In this document: one piece after another, positions 55,200 to 64,000 of the stretch
How positions within the stretch are numbered: the first letter of the stretch is position 1
How the letters are laid out: each line of letters starts with the position of its first letter
Assembly: GCA_027067775.1 (NCBI GenBank)
Contig: JAMOVK010000150.1
Span: 11,564 to 75,563 of the forward strand
Direction: 5' to 3'
From: Deltaproteobacteria bacterium
GTDB lineage: Bacteria > Desulfobacterota > Dissulfuribacteria > Dissulfuribacterales > QOAL01
Length of the DNA stretch: 64,000 nucleotides
Notes under the pieces: model-generated
Told to the model about the DNA's origin: nothing
The model's database searches: none
Seen by the model: only the letters and a program-made list of their open reading frames with translations
Position numbers and translations under genes: made by a program

Positions 55200-55932
55200 A
55201 GGAGGAAGATTTCCCTTCGGTTTTTTTTAATGCATCTCTTATTTCGGATTTGATAGTCCGGACAGCATTTAGGGGATCTGGACTTTGGGTTATGGGTCTT
55301 CCTATAACAAGAAAATCTGCACCAGCCTCTATGGCCTTGGCTGGAGTCCTGATACGCTTTTGGTCATCCATCGGATCAGCATGGTTTAAGGGTCTGATAC
55401 CTGGGGTGACGATAAACATCTCATGTCCTACAGCCTTTCTTACCCGGGCTGCTTCCATAGGAGAGCAGACTATCCCTCTGCATCCTGCCTTCTTCGCCCA
55501 AAGGGCGCGTTTCTCAACAAGATCTTCAACATCCATTGGAGAGGCCATTTCCCTAAGTTCCTCGTTTCCCAGGCTTGTCAGTACGGTTACAGCAAGAACA
55601 AAGTAATCCTTGGCACCGGATACCGATGCTTCAAGTATGCTTTTGTGTCCATGCACTGTAGCAAAGGTTATGTTTTTTCCATTTAGTTGTTTACAGGCAA
55701 GCTCAACCGTCTTGGGTATATCGTAAAATTTTAGATCAAGCATTACCTTGCAACCTTGACCTGTTATCCATCTAACTATGGGAAATCCCTCTGCCAAAAA
55801 GAGCTGGAGGCCCACCTTAAAAAAACGTATCTCTTCTTTCAGCTGGCCAACTAGAGTCTTTGCCGATTTTTCATCAGCAACATCCAAGGCCAGTATTATC
55901 CGGTAGTCCAGGTTGATGTTGTTCCTGTCCAT
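55189..55932 (-). CDS. pyrF: Orotidine 5'-phosphate decarboxylase
   Basis: 247 aa. IILALDV, FFKVG, MLDLKFYDIPKTV, VIGRPI. Confidence 0.9.
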   Translation of the reverse strand: MDRNNINLDYRIILALDVADEKSAKTLVGQLKEEIRFFKVGLQLFLAEGFPIVRWITGQGCKVMLDLKFYDIPKTVELACKQLNGKNITFATVHGHKSILEASVSGAKDYFVLAVTVLTSLGNEELREMASPMDVEDLVEKRALWAKKAGCRGIVCSPMEAARVRKAVGHEMFIVTPGIRPLNHADPMDDQKRIRTPAKAIEAGADFLVIGRPITQSPDPLNAVRTIKSEIRDALKKTEGKSSSFNR

Positions 55933-56012
55933 TTTTGCCCCCTTTTTTTGGCAACAGATTGAGATTAGAGTGGTTTTGTTTCAACCACCAAGACAATAGC
56001 AGGTATGGGCTC

Positions 56013-57116
56013 ATGAAAAAAGATGTAAGGAACGATAGACTTTCCAGGCTGAGAAAGGCCCTTTGGGCAAAGGACCTTGATGCGGTTTTGATAACATGTC
56101 CAGAGAACCGGTTTTATCTGAGCGGTTTCCTCGCAGAAGATGTGGGGCTTAACGAATCCGCCGGCTGCCTTCTTGTAACAAGAAGTGAAAATCTGCTTCT
56201 TACAGACGGCAGATATGTTGAACAGGCCAGGGCCCAGGCGCCTTCTTTTCATGTTCTTCTCTATAAAAGAGGGCTTCCAAGTCTTGTTGCCAGGCTTTTT
56301 AAAGAGCTTGACATAAAAAGGTGCGGTTATGAACCGGCCTTTCTTTCTTGCTCTGTTTTTAAGAAAATAAAAAAGGCAGTCTATCCTGCTGTTTTTACAG
56401 AGTTTGGCGATCTTGTCTTTAGGATGCGGGCAATAAAGGATGATCAGGAGATCGGAAAGATCAAAAGGGCCCAGCAGCTGGCAGAAGGGGTGTTCGAAGA
56501 GGTTACGGGCAAGCTTAAGGCAGGTATGAGCGAAAAGGAGATAGCCTTTGAGATACTGCATGGGCTCTACATGGAAGCAGATGGACCTTCGTTTTCACCA
56601 ATAGTGGCCTCTGGCCCAAACAGTGCACTTCCCCACGCCGTGCCTACAGACCGGCGGATAGGAAAGGGCGAGCCAGTGATAATCGACATGGGGGCACGCT
56701 TTGAAGGTTACTGTTCAGACATGACGAGGACGCTGTTCCTGGGTGAGCCTGAGCCTTTTTTCAAAAAAATATACAAAGTGGTAAAAGAGGCCCAGGAGGC
56801 GGCTCAACGGTTTATTAGGGCAGGGGTGAGCGGCAGACAGGCGGATCTTTCAGCAAGACAGGTGATCGGAAATTACGGATTTGAGAGCTATTTCTGCCAT
56901 GGTCTTGGACATGGGGTGGGTATTGCCATTCATGAGCCTCCGGCTCTTTCATACAGGAACAGAAAGAGGCTCAAAAGCCAGATGGTAGTTACTGTTGAGC
57001 CAGGCATATACGTTCCCGGCAGGGGTGGAGTAAGGCTTGAGAATATGGCTGTGGTGGCAGAAAACGGGATAGAGATAATCACATCAGAAAAGTGGTATTA
57101 TGACTTTGAGCCCTGA
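56013..57116 (+). CDS. pepP: M24-family Xaa-Pro aminopeptidase/dipeptidase
   Basis: Creatinase-like N-domain plus the pita-bread metal ligands (IIDMGARFEGYCSDMTRT, HGLGHGVGIAIHEPP, VTVEPGIY). I prefer ATG 56013. Confidence 0.85.
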   Translation: MKKDVRNDRLSRLRKALWAKDLDAVLITCPENRFYLSGFLAEDVGLNESAGCLLVTRSENLLLTDGRYVEQARAQAPSFHVLLYKRGLPSLVARLFKELDIKRCGYEPAFLSCSVFKKIKKAVYPAVFTEFGDLVFRMRAIKDDQEIGKIKRAQQLAEGVFEEVTGKLKAGMSEKEIAFEILHGLYMEADGPSFSPIVASGPNSALPHAVPTDRRIGKGEPVIIDMGARFEGYCSDMTRTLFLGEPEPFFKKIYKVVKEAQEAAQRFIRAGVSGRQADLSARQVIGNYGFESYFCHGLGHGVGIAIHEPPALSYRNRKRLKSQMVVTVEPGIYVPGRGGVRLENMAVVAENGIEIITSEKWYYDFEP

Positions 57117-57864
57117 TACTCAAAATAGCAAGGATTCACAAAAGGAGCTGACCCTTACTGAACATCTGGCCGAGCTCAGAACCAGGCTCATTCGTTCAAT
57201 AGTTGCCATAGTGGTGGGCTTCTGTATCTGTTATGCATTCATAGAACCCATATTTGCCCTTTTATCCAAACCTTTGGAAAAAGTGGTGCCTCCGGGTACC
57301 ACCCTTATTTTCACCTCCTATCCAGAGGCCTTTTTTACATATCTGAAACTGGCCCTCACCTGTGGAATATTTGTGGCCAGTCCATTCATACTCTATGAAA
57401 TCTGGGCCTTCGTAGCGCCAGGCCTTTACCCTCATGAAAAGAAGTGGGCCCTGCCCTTCGTGGTCTTCTCTAGCATATTTTTTATAGGTGGAGCACTCTT
57501 TGGATATGTTGTGGTATTTCCAGCAGCATTTAACTTCCTTGCAAGCTATGCAGGGCAGGATCTCAAGCTTCTGCCAAGTGTCAGTGAATACTTTAGCCTT
57601 ACGATCAAGCTGCTTCTTGGTTTTGGTGCAGCCTTTGAACTGCCCATCTTCATGGTTTTTATGGCCCTTATTGGTGTAATAGACGCAAAGATGCTCAGAC
57701 AAAACCGCAAGTATGCCTTGCTCATAATCTTCATACTTGCGGCAATTCTTACCCCAACACCGGATGTAGTAAACCAGTGCCTACTTGCCTTGCCTCTTCT
57801 AGTGCTTTACGAAATAAGCATTTTCCTTGTGGCCCTTATTGGCAGAAAGAGAGAATCTCCATGA
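57100..57864 (+). CDS. tatC: Twin-arginine translocase subunit TatC
   Basis: 254 aa. LTLTEHLAELRTRLIRS and 6 TM helices, with PFILYEIWAFVAPGLY. Confidence 0.9.
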   Translation: MTLSPDTQNSKDSQKELTLTEHLAELRTRLIRSIVAIVVGFCICYAFIEPIFALLSKPLEKVVPPGTTLIFTSYPEAFFTYLKLALTCGIFVASPFILYEIWAFVAPGLYPHEKKWALPFVVFSSIFFIGGALFGYVVVFPAAFNFLASYAGQDLKLLPSVSEYFSLTIKLLLGFGAAFELPIFMVFMALIGVIDAKMLRQNRKYALLIIFILAAILTPTPDVVNQCLLALPLLVLYEISIFLVALIGRKRESP

Positions 57865-59008
57865 TTGTATCAAGATTGTAGGTGTCGTCTATGTCCCATA
57901 TCTTTGACTGAAAAAGGGCATTTTGTGCAATTTTTTTATGTTCGTCTCTAGAAATATCAAGATCTGACAGGCTTTTGGGGCATTCTATCTCGGAAAGCCA
58001 ATCTTCAAAGGCCTCTACGGCCTTGATGGCTGCTTCTTTATCAGTACGTTCACCATGGCATCCAAGACATTTTTGGCCAAGCTGGGCCACCTTTTGAGGC
58101 CCGTCTTTTGACGCCTTCCATCTCATCCAACCAGGGAGCAGGGCTGCAAGCCCGGCTCCATGGGCAACCTGATAGATTGCACTTATGGAATGCTCTATTA
58201 AATGTATAGGAAAAGGATGGTTGCCCACTCCTGCCCTTGTAAGGCCATTTAATGCAAGGGTTGCAGCCCACATGAGGGCCGCCCTGTGTTCGTAATCCCT
58301 CGGGTTTCTCATGCACCCCTTTGTTTCTGACATGATGGTTCTGACAAGGCCTTCTGCTAGCTCGTCCTGTACAGGGGTGTATGGGTCTGGCCCATTGAAG
58401 TAAGGCTCAAGGAGGTGACAAACCGCATCCACCCCTCCATAAGCGGTGTAGTCCCCGGGGACGGTAAAGGTGAGTTCTGGATCAAGAAAGGAGACCTTGG
58501 GATAGAGATGGGGAGAGCCTGCTGCAAGCTTGTATCCCGACTCTTCATTGGTTATCACCATAAAGCCATTCATCTCAGAGCCAGAGGCGGCAAGGGTGGG
58601 AATGCATACCACGGGCAGGGCCTCTGTCACCTCTTCCCTTCCTTCAAAGACCTGCCATATGTCCTTGTTCATTTTTGCACCAGCTGCCACGGCCTTACCG
58701 GTATCCATCACGCTACCGCCTCCGAGGGCAATGATAAAGGAGATTTTTTCCTTTTTGGCTATTTCAATTCCTTTATGGACCTTTGAAAGGACAGGGTTAG
58801 ACTGGATACCAGTTAGTTCAAAAACGGTTATTCCAGAGTCCTGGAGTCCTTTTTTAACTCGGTCATAGGCACCGCTCTTTTTTGCACTTGATCTTCCTGT
58901 TACAAGAAGGCATCTTTGTCCATAGGTTTCTGTTTCCTTTCCTAGGCTTTCAAGTATATCTTTCCCAAAGACTATCCTGGTTGGATTGCAAAATTCAAAG
59001 TTTTCCAT
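57836..59008 (-). CDS. Iron-containing (group III) alcohol dehydrogenase
   Basis: 390 aa. IALGGGSVMDTGKAVA, and His cluster HSISAIYQVAHGAG. Confidence 0.85.
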   Translation of the reverse strand: MENFEFCNPTRIVFGKDILESLGKETETYGQRCLLVTGRSSAKKSGAYDRVKKGLQDSGITVFELTGIQSNPVLSKVHKGIEIAKKEKISFIIALGGGSVMDTGKAVAAGAKMNKDIWQVFEGREEVTEALPVVCIPTLAASGSEMNGFMVITNEESGYKLAAGSPHLYPKVSFLDPELTFTVPGDYTAYGGVDAVCHLLEPYFNGPDPYTPVQDELAEGLVRTIMSETKGCMRNPRDYEHRAALMWAATLALNGLTRAGVGNHPFPIHLIEHSISAIYQVAHGAGLAALLPGWMRWKASKDGPQKVAQLGQKCLGCHGERTDKEAAIKAVEAFEDWLSEIECPKSLSDLDISRDEHKKIAQNALFQSKIWDIDDTYNLDTIMEILSFCQ

Positions 59009-59243
59009 GGTCTCTTAAGTCCTCCTGGTTTATCTTTACACTTTCATTCAGGATTATATCAGAAAGATTATTTTGATTAAAAATTTGGACTTTCAATTTG
59101 ATATATTATTTACTTGCGTACTTTTCCAGAAGACTTAGATTTTAAGGACTTAATTTTTCAAAATATCATTTGGATTACAACCCAAATATAATAAAAAACA
59201 AGATAAGTTTTTCATGCAGACAGTATAAAGGAGGAAAAGATAA

Positions 59244-59693
59244 ATGGCAGTTACAGGAGCACACAAAATCGAAGCACTTTACAAAAAGGCAGCAGGGTTG
59301 AGGATAGACAAGAGCAAGGTCAAATTGATCAGCGATGTGGTGGATCAGAAACTTTACGATCTTCTTATTGTGGCAGAGGCAAACGCCCGTTACAACGCAA
59401 GGGATATCATATGGATGTGTGACGTACCACTTACTAAGGCCATGAAAGAGTCCATGCAGAAATTTAAGGAGCTTGAAGAGGAACTCGAGCTTCAGCCGAT
59501 TCTTGATCACCTGGCTGCCTTACCGCCTTTAAAATATGGCCTTGAGGAGGAGCTTGAAAAAAAGCTTCCCGATATTGTCGGAACACTCCTTTATGTTATG
59601 GCAAACATAACCAAGGAATTTTCCACAAAAGACAAGACGGTATCCGCACAGGAAATGGAAAAGGCAGAAACCATATTAAACCTTATGATCTGA
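59244..59693 (+). CDS. DUF1931-like tandem histone-fold protein
   Basis: 149 aa. Two helix-strand-helix-like halves (KVKLISDVVDQKLYDLLIVAEANARYNARDII and LPDIVGTLLYVMANITKEFSTKDKTVSAQEMEKA). This resembles the bacterial DUF1931/Aq_328-type pseudodimeric histone fold (recollection, not searched). Strong SD AAGGAGGA. Confidence 0.45.
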   Translation: MAVTGAHKIEALYKKAAGLRIDKSKVKLISDVVDQKLYDLLIVAEANARYNARDIIWMCDVPLTKAMKESMQKFKELEEELELQPILDHLAALPPLKYGLEEELEKKLPDIVGTLLYVMANITKEFSTKDKTVSAQEMEKAETILNLMI

Positions 59694-59722
59694 TCTTTTG
59701 GGCAGTGTGCCAAAATGTAAAA

Positions 59723-59756
59723 GCAAAGGGCAGGCTTGGCCTGCCTTGCATTTTAT
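59723..59756. terminator. Bidirectional intrinsic terminator
   Basis: GCAAAGGGCAGGC-ttg-GCCTGCCTTGC with T-rich runs on both strands. Sits between the convergent DUF1931-like gene and uspA. Confidence 0.55.
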
Positions 59757-59757
59757 C

Positions 59758-60219
59758 TTAACGGTCATAGTGATTTACTAAGAGTACAGGGCATTTTGAA
59801 AATTCTATTACCCTTTCTGCAACGCTTCCAAGAAGTATCCTTTTGATTCCGCGGCGTCCAAGCTTTCCCATGACTATCAGGTCAACAGATTCCCTAGCCG
59901 ATATATCCAGTATTACCTCATGAGGAGCGCCTCTTATGACCAGGGTGCGCGCTTCCACGCCAAGTTCTGAAAGTTCCCTTTTCATGTGGTTCACAAGCCC
60001 CTGAGCCTCTTCTTCCATGTTTATCCTGATGGATTCGCATTGCTCCTTGTTTAATCGGCAAAGCTGTTCTTCCACCTGGGTGTCAATGACGTGCAATATG
60101 GTCAACTTTGACATGTGGATTCTTGCCAATCTGCCTGCAATACGAACGGCAGCCAAACTGTAGTTTGATCCGTCAACTGGTATCAGGATGTTCTTAAAGA
60201 TCTCAACAAATTGATCCAT
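59758..60219 (-). CDS. Universal stress protein (UspA family)
   Basis: 153 aa. ILIPVDGS, LTILHV, VMGKLGRRGIKRILLGSVAERV. Confidence 0.8.
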   Translation of the reverse strand: MDQFVEIFKNILIPVDGSNYSLAAVRIAGRLARIHMSKLTILHVIDTQVEEQLCRLNKEQCESIRINMEEEAQGLVNHMKRELSELGVEARTLVIRGAPHEVILDISARESVDLIVMGKLGRRGIKRILLGSVAERVIEFSKCPVLLVNHYDR

Positions 60220-60222
60220 GGC

Positions 60223-60855
60223 TTACTCCATTGTTCTAGACTGGGTCTTTGCTTTAATCCTCTTAAGCTGAAAGAGGCCTTCTCTTTCTTTTTCTTCAAG
60301 GCTTTGTGCTATGAATTTCAAGGTGGCCTTGTAAAGCGGAATATAGATGTAAGAAAGGGCGTTAATTCGTTTTAGGGTCCGTTTCGTCTCATTCATTAGC
60401 CGTTGAAGGCCTATTTCCAGCTCTGCCAGCTCACCCAGGGTATCCATGGCAGACAGGACGATCTGCCTGACCTGATCCATTGAAGCAGTGGTTGTTCCAA
60501 GACCGTACTCTGGCTTTATACGTGGTATTTTCATGGAGACAAGGGGAAGAACCACACCCATAAGACTTCTTTCCTTCACCTCAATTTCAATCCCAGCCTC
60601 AACTGCAAGGCCGGCAGCCTCAACATTGCTCTTGCCTGCTTCTACAATTGCCTCCTCAAGTTTTGCATAGGCATCAAGGAGCAGTTTATCTAGACGGCTG
60701 CGTGTCATGTCTGCCTTGTCAGCAAGGAGATTGATGTGGCTTATTAGGATATCCTTTTTTTGATCCAAGAGCTCTTTGCCATCCTGAGCTATGTCAAGTT
60801 CTTCCTTTATCCTTATCTGGTTGCTCTTGGTAGCCGGTATGGGAAGCCTTTCCAT
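60223..60855 (-). CDS. V-type ATP synthase subunit D
   Basis: 210 aa. [32 protein letters not shown] and the C-terminal [16 protein letters not shown] fit the NtpD/AtpD (V-type) pattern. Confidence 0.85.
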   Translation of the reverse strand: MERLPIPATKSNQIRIKEELDIAQDGKELLDQKKDILISHINLLADKADMTRSRLDKLLLDAYAKLEEAIVEAGKSNVEAAGLAVEAGIEIEVKERSLMGVVLPLVSMKIPRIKPEYGLGTTTASMDQVRQIVLSAMDTLGELAELEIGLQRLMNETKRTLKRINALSYIYIPLYKATLKFIAQSLEEKEREGLFQLKRIKAKTQSRTME

Positions 60856-62257
60856 ATTTTTCGATTTCCTCCTCGGTAACCCTTACCAGTTCGCTTCGGG
60901 GAAGTATCATCACCAGTTCCCAACCAAGGTCAAGGGTGTCAAATATAGAACGGTTTTCATCCTTTGCCTGGTTTACAAAGCGGTTTTCAAACTCTTTTGA
61001 GAATTCAAAATATTTCTTGTCAGTGGGGCTCAGATCTTCTTCACCTATGATGGATGCAAGACGTTCCACCTGCTTGGCTTTGGAGTAGGCAGCATACAAC
61101 TGGCTGGATAGGTTTTTGTGATCTTCCCTGGTCTTTCCCTCTCCTATACCGTCACTCATAAGTCTTGAAAGGGAAGGGAGCACATTTACAGGTGGGTAGA
61201 TGCCCTTTCTAAAAAGGGTCCTGTCCAGCACTATCTGGCCTTCTGTTATGTAACCGGTAAGATCGGGAATGGGGTGTGTTATGTCGTCGTCTGGCATGGT
61301 GAGAATCGGTATCTGGGTAACAGAGCCCTTTCTCCCATGTATACGTCCTGCCCTTTCGTAAATAGATGCCAAGTCGCTGTACAGATAGCCTGGATAACCC
61401 TTTCTGCTTGGTACCTCACCCTTGGCAGTGGCAACTTCCCTCAGAGCCTCACAGTAGTTGGTCATGTCTGTAAGGATGACAAGAACATGAAGGCCTTCCT
61501 CAAAGGCCAGAAATTCTGCCGCAGTAAGGGCCACTCTGGGTGCAATGAGCCGTTCCACAGCTGGATCGTCAGCCAGATTCAGAAACATGGCAACGTTGTT
61601 GAGCACTCCACTTTCTTCGAAGCTCTTGCGAAACGCCTCTGCCTCATCATGTCTGACGCCCATGGCGGCAAAGATGATAGCAAAACCGCTTTCCTCTGTC
61701 AGGATCCGTGCCTGGCGTACTATCTGCATTGCAAGGTCGTTGTGAGGAAGACCACTTCCTGAAAAAATAGGCAGCTTTTGACCTCGTACCAGGGTGTTCA
61801 TTCCATCAATGGTGGATATGCCTGTCTGGATAAAGTCTTCTGGATATGCCCTTGCCACAGGATTGATAGGCAGTCCGTTTACATTTCGCGATTCACCCTG
61901 AAATGGTGCAGGGCCTCCGTCAATGGGCATTCCGAGCCCACTGAAGATCCTTCCAAGAATCTCTTCTTTTGACACCACCAGCTCAAAGGGACGGCCAAGG
62001 AATCTCACTCTGGTCTTGCTCTGATCAAGGCCAGAGGTACCGTGAAAGACTTCAACCACTGCAGCTTTTTCAGATACGGCAAGGACGCGCCCCTGTCTGG
62101 TTTCACCAGTGGCAGTAACCACTTCAACCCGTTCTCCAAAGCCCACATCCCTGATGTTGTCTATAACTATAAGAGGCCCCTGGACCTTGCTAAGCCCTAC
62201 AAATTCCAATCCAGGGCCGCTAAGTGATTGATCCGTGCTCTTGTGTTCAGGTTTCAT
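60794..62257 (-). CDS. V-type ATP synthase subunit B
   Basis: ISGPLIVI-like N-terminus ([10 protein letters not shown]), then [48 protein letters not shown] 62257 overlaps the subunit A stop by 11 nt. The 3' end overlaps subunit D by 62 nt. Confidence 0.9.
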   Translation of the reverse strand: MKPEHKSTDQSLSGPGLEFVGLSKVQGPLIVIDNIRDVGFGERVEVVTATGETRQGRVLAVSEKAAVVEVFHGTSGLDQSKTRVRFLGRPFELVVSKEEILGRIFSGLGMPIDGGPAPFQGESRNVNGLPINPVARAYPEDFIQTGISTIDGMNTLVRGQKLPIFSGSGLPHNDLAMQIVRQARILTEESGFAIIFAAMGVRHDEAEAFRKSFEESGVLNNVAMFLNLADDPAVERLIAPRVALTAAEFLAFEEGLHVLVILTDMTNYCEALREVATAKGEVPSRKGYPGYLYSDLASIYERAGRIHGRKGSVTQIPILTMPDDDITHPIPDLTGYITEGQIVLDRTLFRKGIYPPVNVLPSLSRLMSDGIGEGKTREDHKNLSSQLYAAYSKAKQVERLASIIGEEDLSPTDKKYFEFSKEFENRFVNQAKDENRSIFDTLDLGWELVMILPRSELVRVTEEEIEKYGKASHTGYQEQPDKDKGRT

Positions 62258-64000
62258 GGTATGGTTCCCTGTTTTTTTCAATAAGTGCGTCAATCTGTTC
62301 GTCTGTTTCTTTCATTATCTGTAGGAATGGTTCGATTTCCTCACCTTTAATGGTGTATTTTGCCCGGTGTATCTTTTCTACAACCGGCAGTTCCATTGCC
62401 CTAAAAAGTGGGACTCGGGCCATAACAACGTCTTGCAACCTGTCTATGAAGTGCATGATCACCTTCAAAAGGTAAAATTGCTTTAGTGGCGGGCAGTAGG
62501 TATCAACAGGGTCAAAGGCGCTTTGTTGCAGAAAATCGTTTTTTATGAGCTTAGCACCTTCTATTATCCGTCTTTGATCGTCTGGAAGGGCCTCTTCTCC
62601 AAGAAGCTTTACAATATTTTGAAGCTTGGCATCTTCCTGAAGGATTTCCACTGCCTTGTCTCTTAGTTCACGCCATTCAGGAGAGGTTGTTTGCTGCCAC
62701 CACTTGGAGACGGCCTCTACATACGCAGAGTAGCTGTTGAGATAGTTGATGGCAGGGAAGTATCTTGCGCTTGCAAGCTCTTTGTCCAAGGCCCAGAAAC
62801 ACTGCACAAAACGCTTGGTATGCATTGTAACAGGTTCTGAAAAATCCCCTCCAGGTGGCGACACGGCACCTATCAGTGAGACTGACCCCCTGTCTCCGGA
62901 AAGGGTTTCCACCTGTCCGGCTCGTTCATAAAAGGCTGCAAGCCTGCTTGCAAGATAGGCGGGAAAGCCCTCTTCAGCAGGCATTTCTTCCAGACGGCCC
63001 GAGATTTCCCTCAGGGCCTCTGCCCATCTGGATGTGGAATCGGCCATAAGAGCCACGTCATAGCCTTGATCCCTGAAGTATTCAGCCATGGTAATGCCTG
63101 TATAGATACTGGCCTCCCTTGCCGCCACAGGCATGTCAGAGGTGTTGGCAATAAGGACGGTCCTCTCTATCAGAGGTCTTTGGGTGCGCGGGTCAAGCAG
63201 CTTTGGAAAATCAGTAAGGACGCCTGTCATCTCGTTGCCGCGTTCTCCACAGCCGATGTATATGATTATGTCAGCGTCTGCCCACTTTGACAGCTGGTGT
63301 TGTGTGACTGTCTTGCCTGTACCAAATCCACCAGGAATGGCTGCAGTGCCGCCCTTGGCAAGGGGAAAAAATGTATCTATCACCCTCTGGCCTGTTAAGA
63401 GCGGGATGGAAGGCATGAATCTTTTTTTGTAGGGGCGAGGCTGTCTTACTGGCCATCTGTGAAACATCTTGAGCCCTTTCGCCTCTCCCGGTCTCACCTC
63501 TACCTCGGCAACCTTATCTTCCAAGGTGTAATGGCCGTCTGGGGCAATATCTTTGACAGTTCCTGATATTCCAGGAGGTACCAAGATCTTGTGGATGATT
63601 GCCTCAGTTTCCTTTACCTGCCCGATAGCCATGCCCGGTGACACGCTGCTTCCCTTTTCAACAAGGGGTTCAAAATGCCACAGCTTGTCCCTTAAAAGTG
63701 CGGCGGATGTTTTGCCCCTTTTTATGAAATCTCCCCACTGTTCTTTCAAAAGATCAAGCGGTCTTTGGATCCCGTCAAATATCTGTCCAATAAGTCCAGG
63801 GCCAAGCTCTGCAAACAGCGGGATGGATTGGCCAAAGACCCTGGTGCCCGGCTTGATGCCAACAGTGTCTTCATAGACCTGGATTGTGGCAGTTTCACCC
63901 TCAAGGCCAATGACTTCCCCAACAAGCCTGTCTTCTCCAACCTCCACCATCTCGTTCATGGAAAGAAGATGGGCTGGTTTTGCCTTTACCACAGGCCCGC
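62247..64000 (-). CDS. V-type ATP synthase subunit A (5' end beyond the right edge)
   Basis: Walker [10 protein letters not shown], then [37 protein letters not shown]. The reading frame stays open to position 64000 (GPVVKAK...). Confidence 0.92.
   Translation of the reverse strand, partial: GPVVKAKPAHLLSMNEMVEVGEDRLVGEVIGLEGETATIQVYEDTVGIKPGTRVFGQSIPLFAELGPGLIGQIFDGIQRPLDLLKEQWGDFIKRGKTSAALLRDKLWHFEPLVEKGSSVSPGMAIGQVKETEAIIHKILVPPGISGTVKDIAPDGHYTLEDKVAEVEVRPGEAKGLKMFHRWPVRQPRPYKKRFMPSIPLLTGQRVIDTFFPLAKGGTAAIPGGFGTGKTVTQHQLSKWADADIIIYIGCGERGNEMTGVLTDFPKLLDPRTQRPLIERTVLIANTSDMPVAAREASIYTGITMAEYFRDQGYDVALMADSTSRWAEALREISGRLEEMPAEEGFPAYLASRLAAFYERAGQVETLSGDRGSVSLIGAVSPPGGDFSEPVTMHTKRFVQCFWALDKELASARYFPAINYLNSYSAYVEAVSKWWQQTTSPEWRELRDKAVEILQEDAKLQNIVKLLGEEALPDDQRRIIEGAKLIKNDFLQQSAFDPVDTYCPPLKQFYLLKVIMHFIDRLQDVVMARVPLFRAMELPVVEKIHRAKYTIKGEEIEPFLQIMKETDEQIDALIEKNREPYHET

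Noticed and set aside
60794-62293. Possibility that the B/D (62 nt) or A/B (11 nt) overlaps in the V-ATPase genes reflect frameshift or recoding, as with the cytochrome
   Set aside because: Both neighbours have normal N-termini with their own starts, and no in-frame stop is bypassed. Overlaps of this type are ordinary translational coupling. Only the B C-terminal tail is noted as mildly unusual.
1-64000. Search by eye for CRISPR arrays, tRNA/rRNA genes, transposases, integrases, phage or defence-island hallmarks
   Set aside because: None seen. There are no spaced direct repeats, no cloverleaf-like GC-rich segments of 70-90 nt in intergenic regions, and no DDE, tyrosine- or serine-recombinase motifs in any ORF. 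A computational scan (tRNAscan-SE, Infernal, CRISPR finders) would be needed to be certain.

Overview
64-kb chromosomal window. Gene content suggests an anaerobic, Desulfobacterota-like (deltaproteobacterial) genome: many multiheme cytochromes, sigma-54/NtrC and hybrid two-component regulators, a V-type ATPase, QueH and AckA/Pps. That taxonomic call is inference only. No homology search could be run, so all calls rest on motif recognition in the supplied translations and on my own reading of the DNA. I support about 55 protein genes plus a few hairpin or regulatory elements. I saw no rRNA, tRNA, CRISPR array, transposase or integrase. Layout: dnaB-rplI-DUF2232-rpsR-rpsF (minus strand); hsp20-lon-pfpI; a minus-strand porin / 12-heme lipoprotein / giant 8-heme cytochrome operon; a PhcB-like methyltransferase plus hybrid kinase; plsC-pepA; a c-di-GMP phosphodiesterase plus a 1,238-aa hybrid kinase; two membrane-anchored coiled-coil proteins; a tightly overlapping RibD_C / PP-loop / GT2 / FolE2 cassette behind tkt-ackA; envelope genes (skp, pal, ArnT-like, PagL-like); an NtrC-type two-component pair; ppsA; a CydA-like::cytochrome c fusion pair; glgP; queH; a Rieske/cytochrome b pair; cheX, pyrF, pepP, tatC, Fe-ADH; a DUF1931-like histone-fold protein; uspA; and V-ATPase D/B/A. 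The most interesting observations follow. (1) The giant cytochrome is split in the ORF track by a single in-frame TGA followed by a SECIS-like hairpin, so it is probably one selenocysteine-containing octaheme protein of about 1,339 aa inside a porin-cytochrome-like cluster. (2) There is an orphan FolE2/MptA-GT2-PP-loop-RibD_C cassette suggestive of an undescribed pterin- or pyrimidine-derived metabolite. (3) There is a cNMP-binding::PhcB-like methyltransferase next to a membrane-sensor hybrid kinase. (4) There is a cytochrome bd-like subunit fused to a c-type heme domain. (5) There is a tandem pair of coiled-coil membrane proteins, one carrying a His-rich 40-aa repeat.
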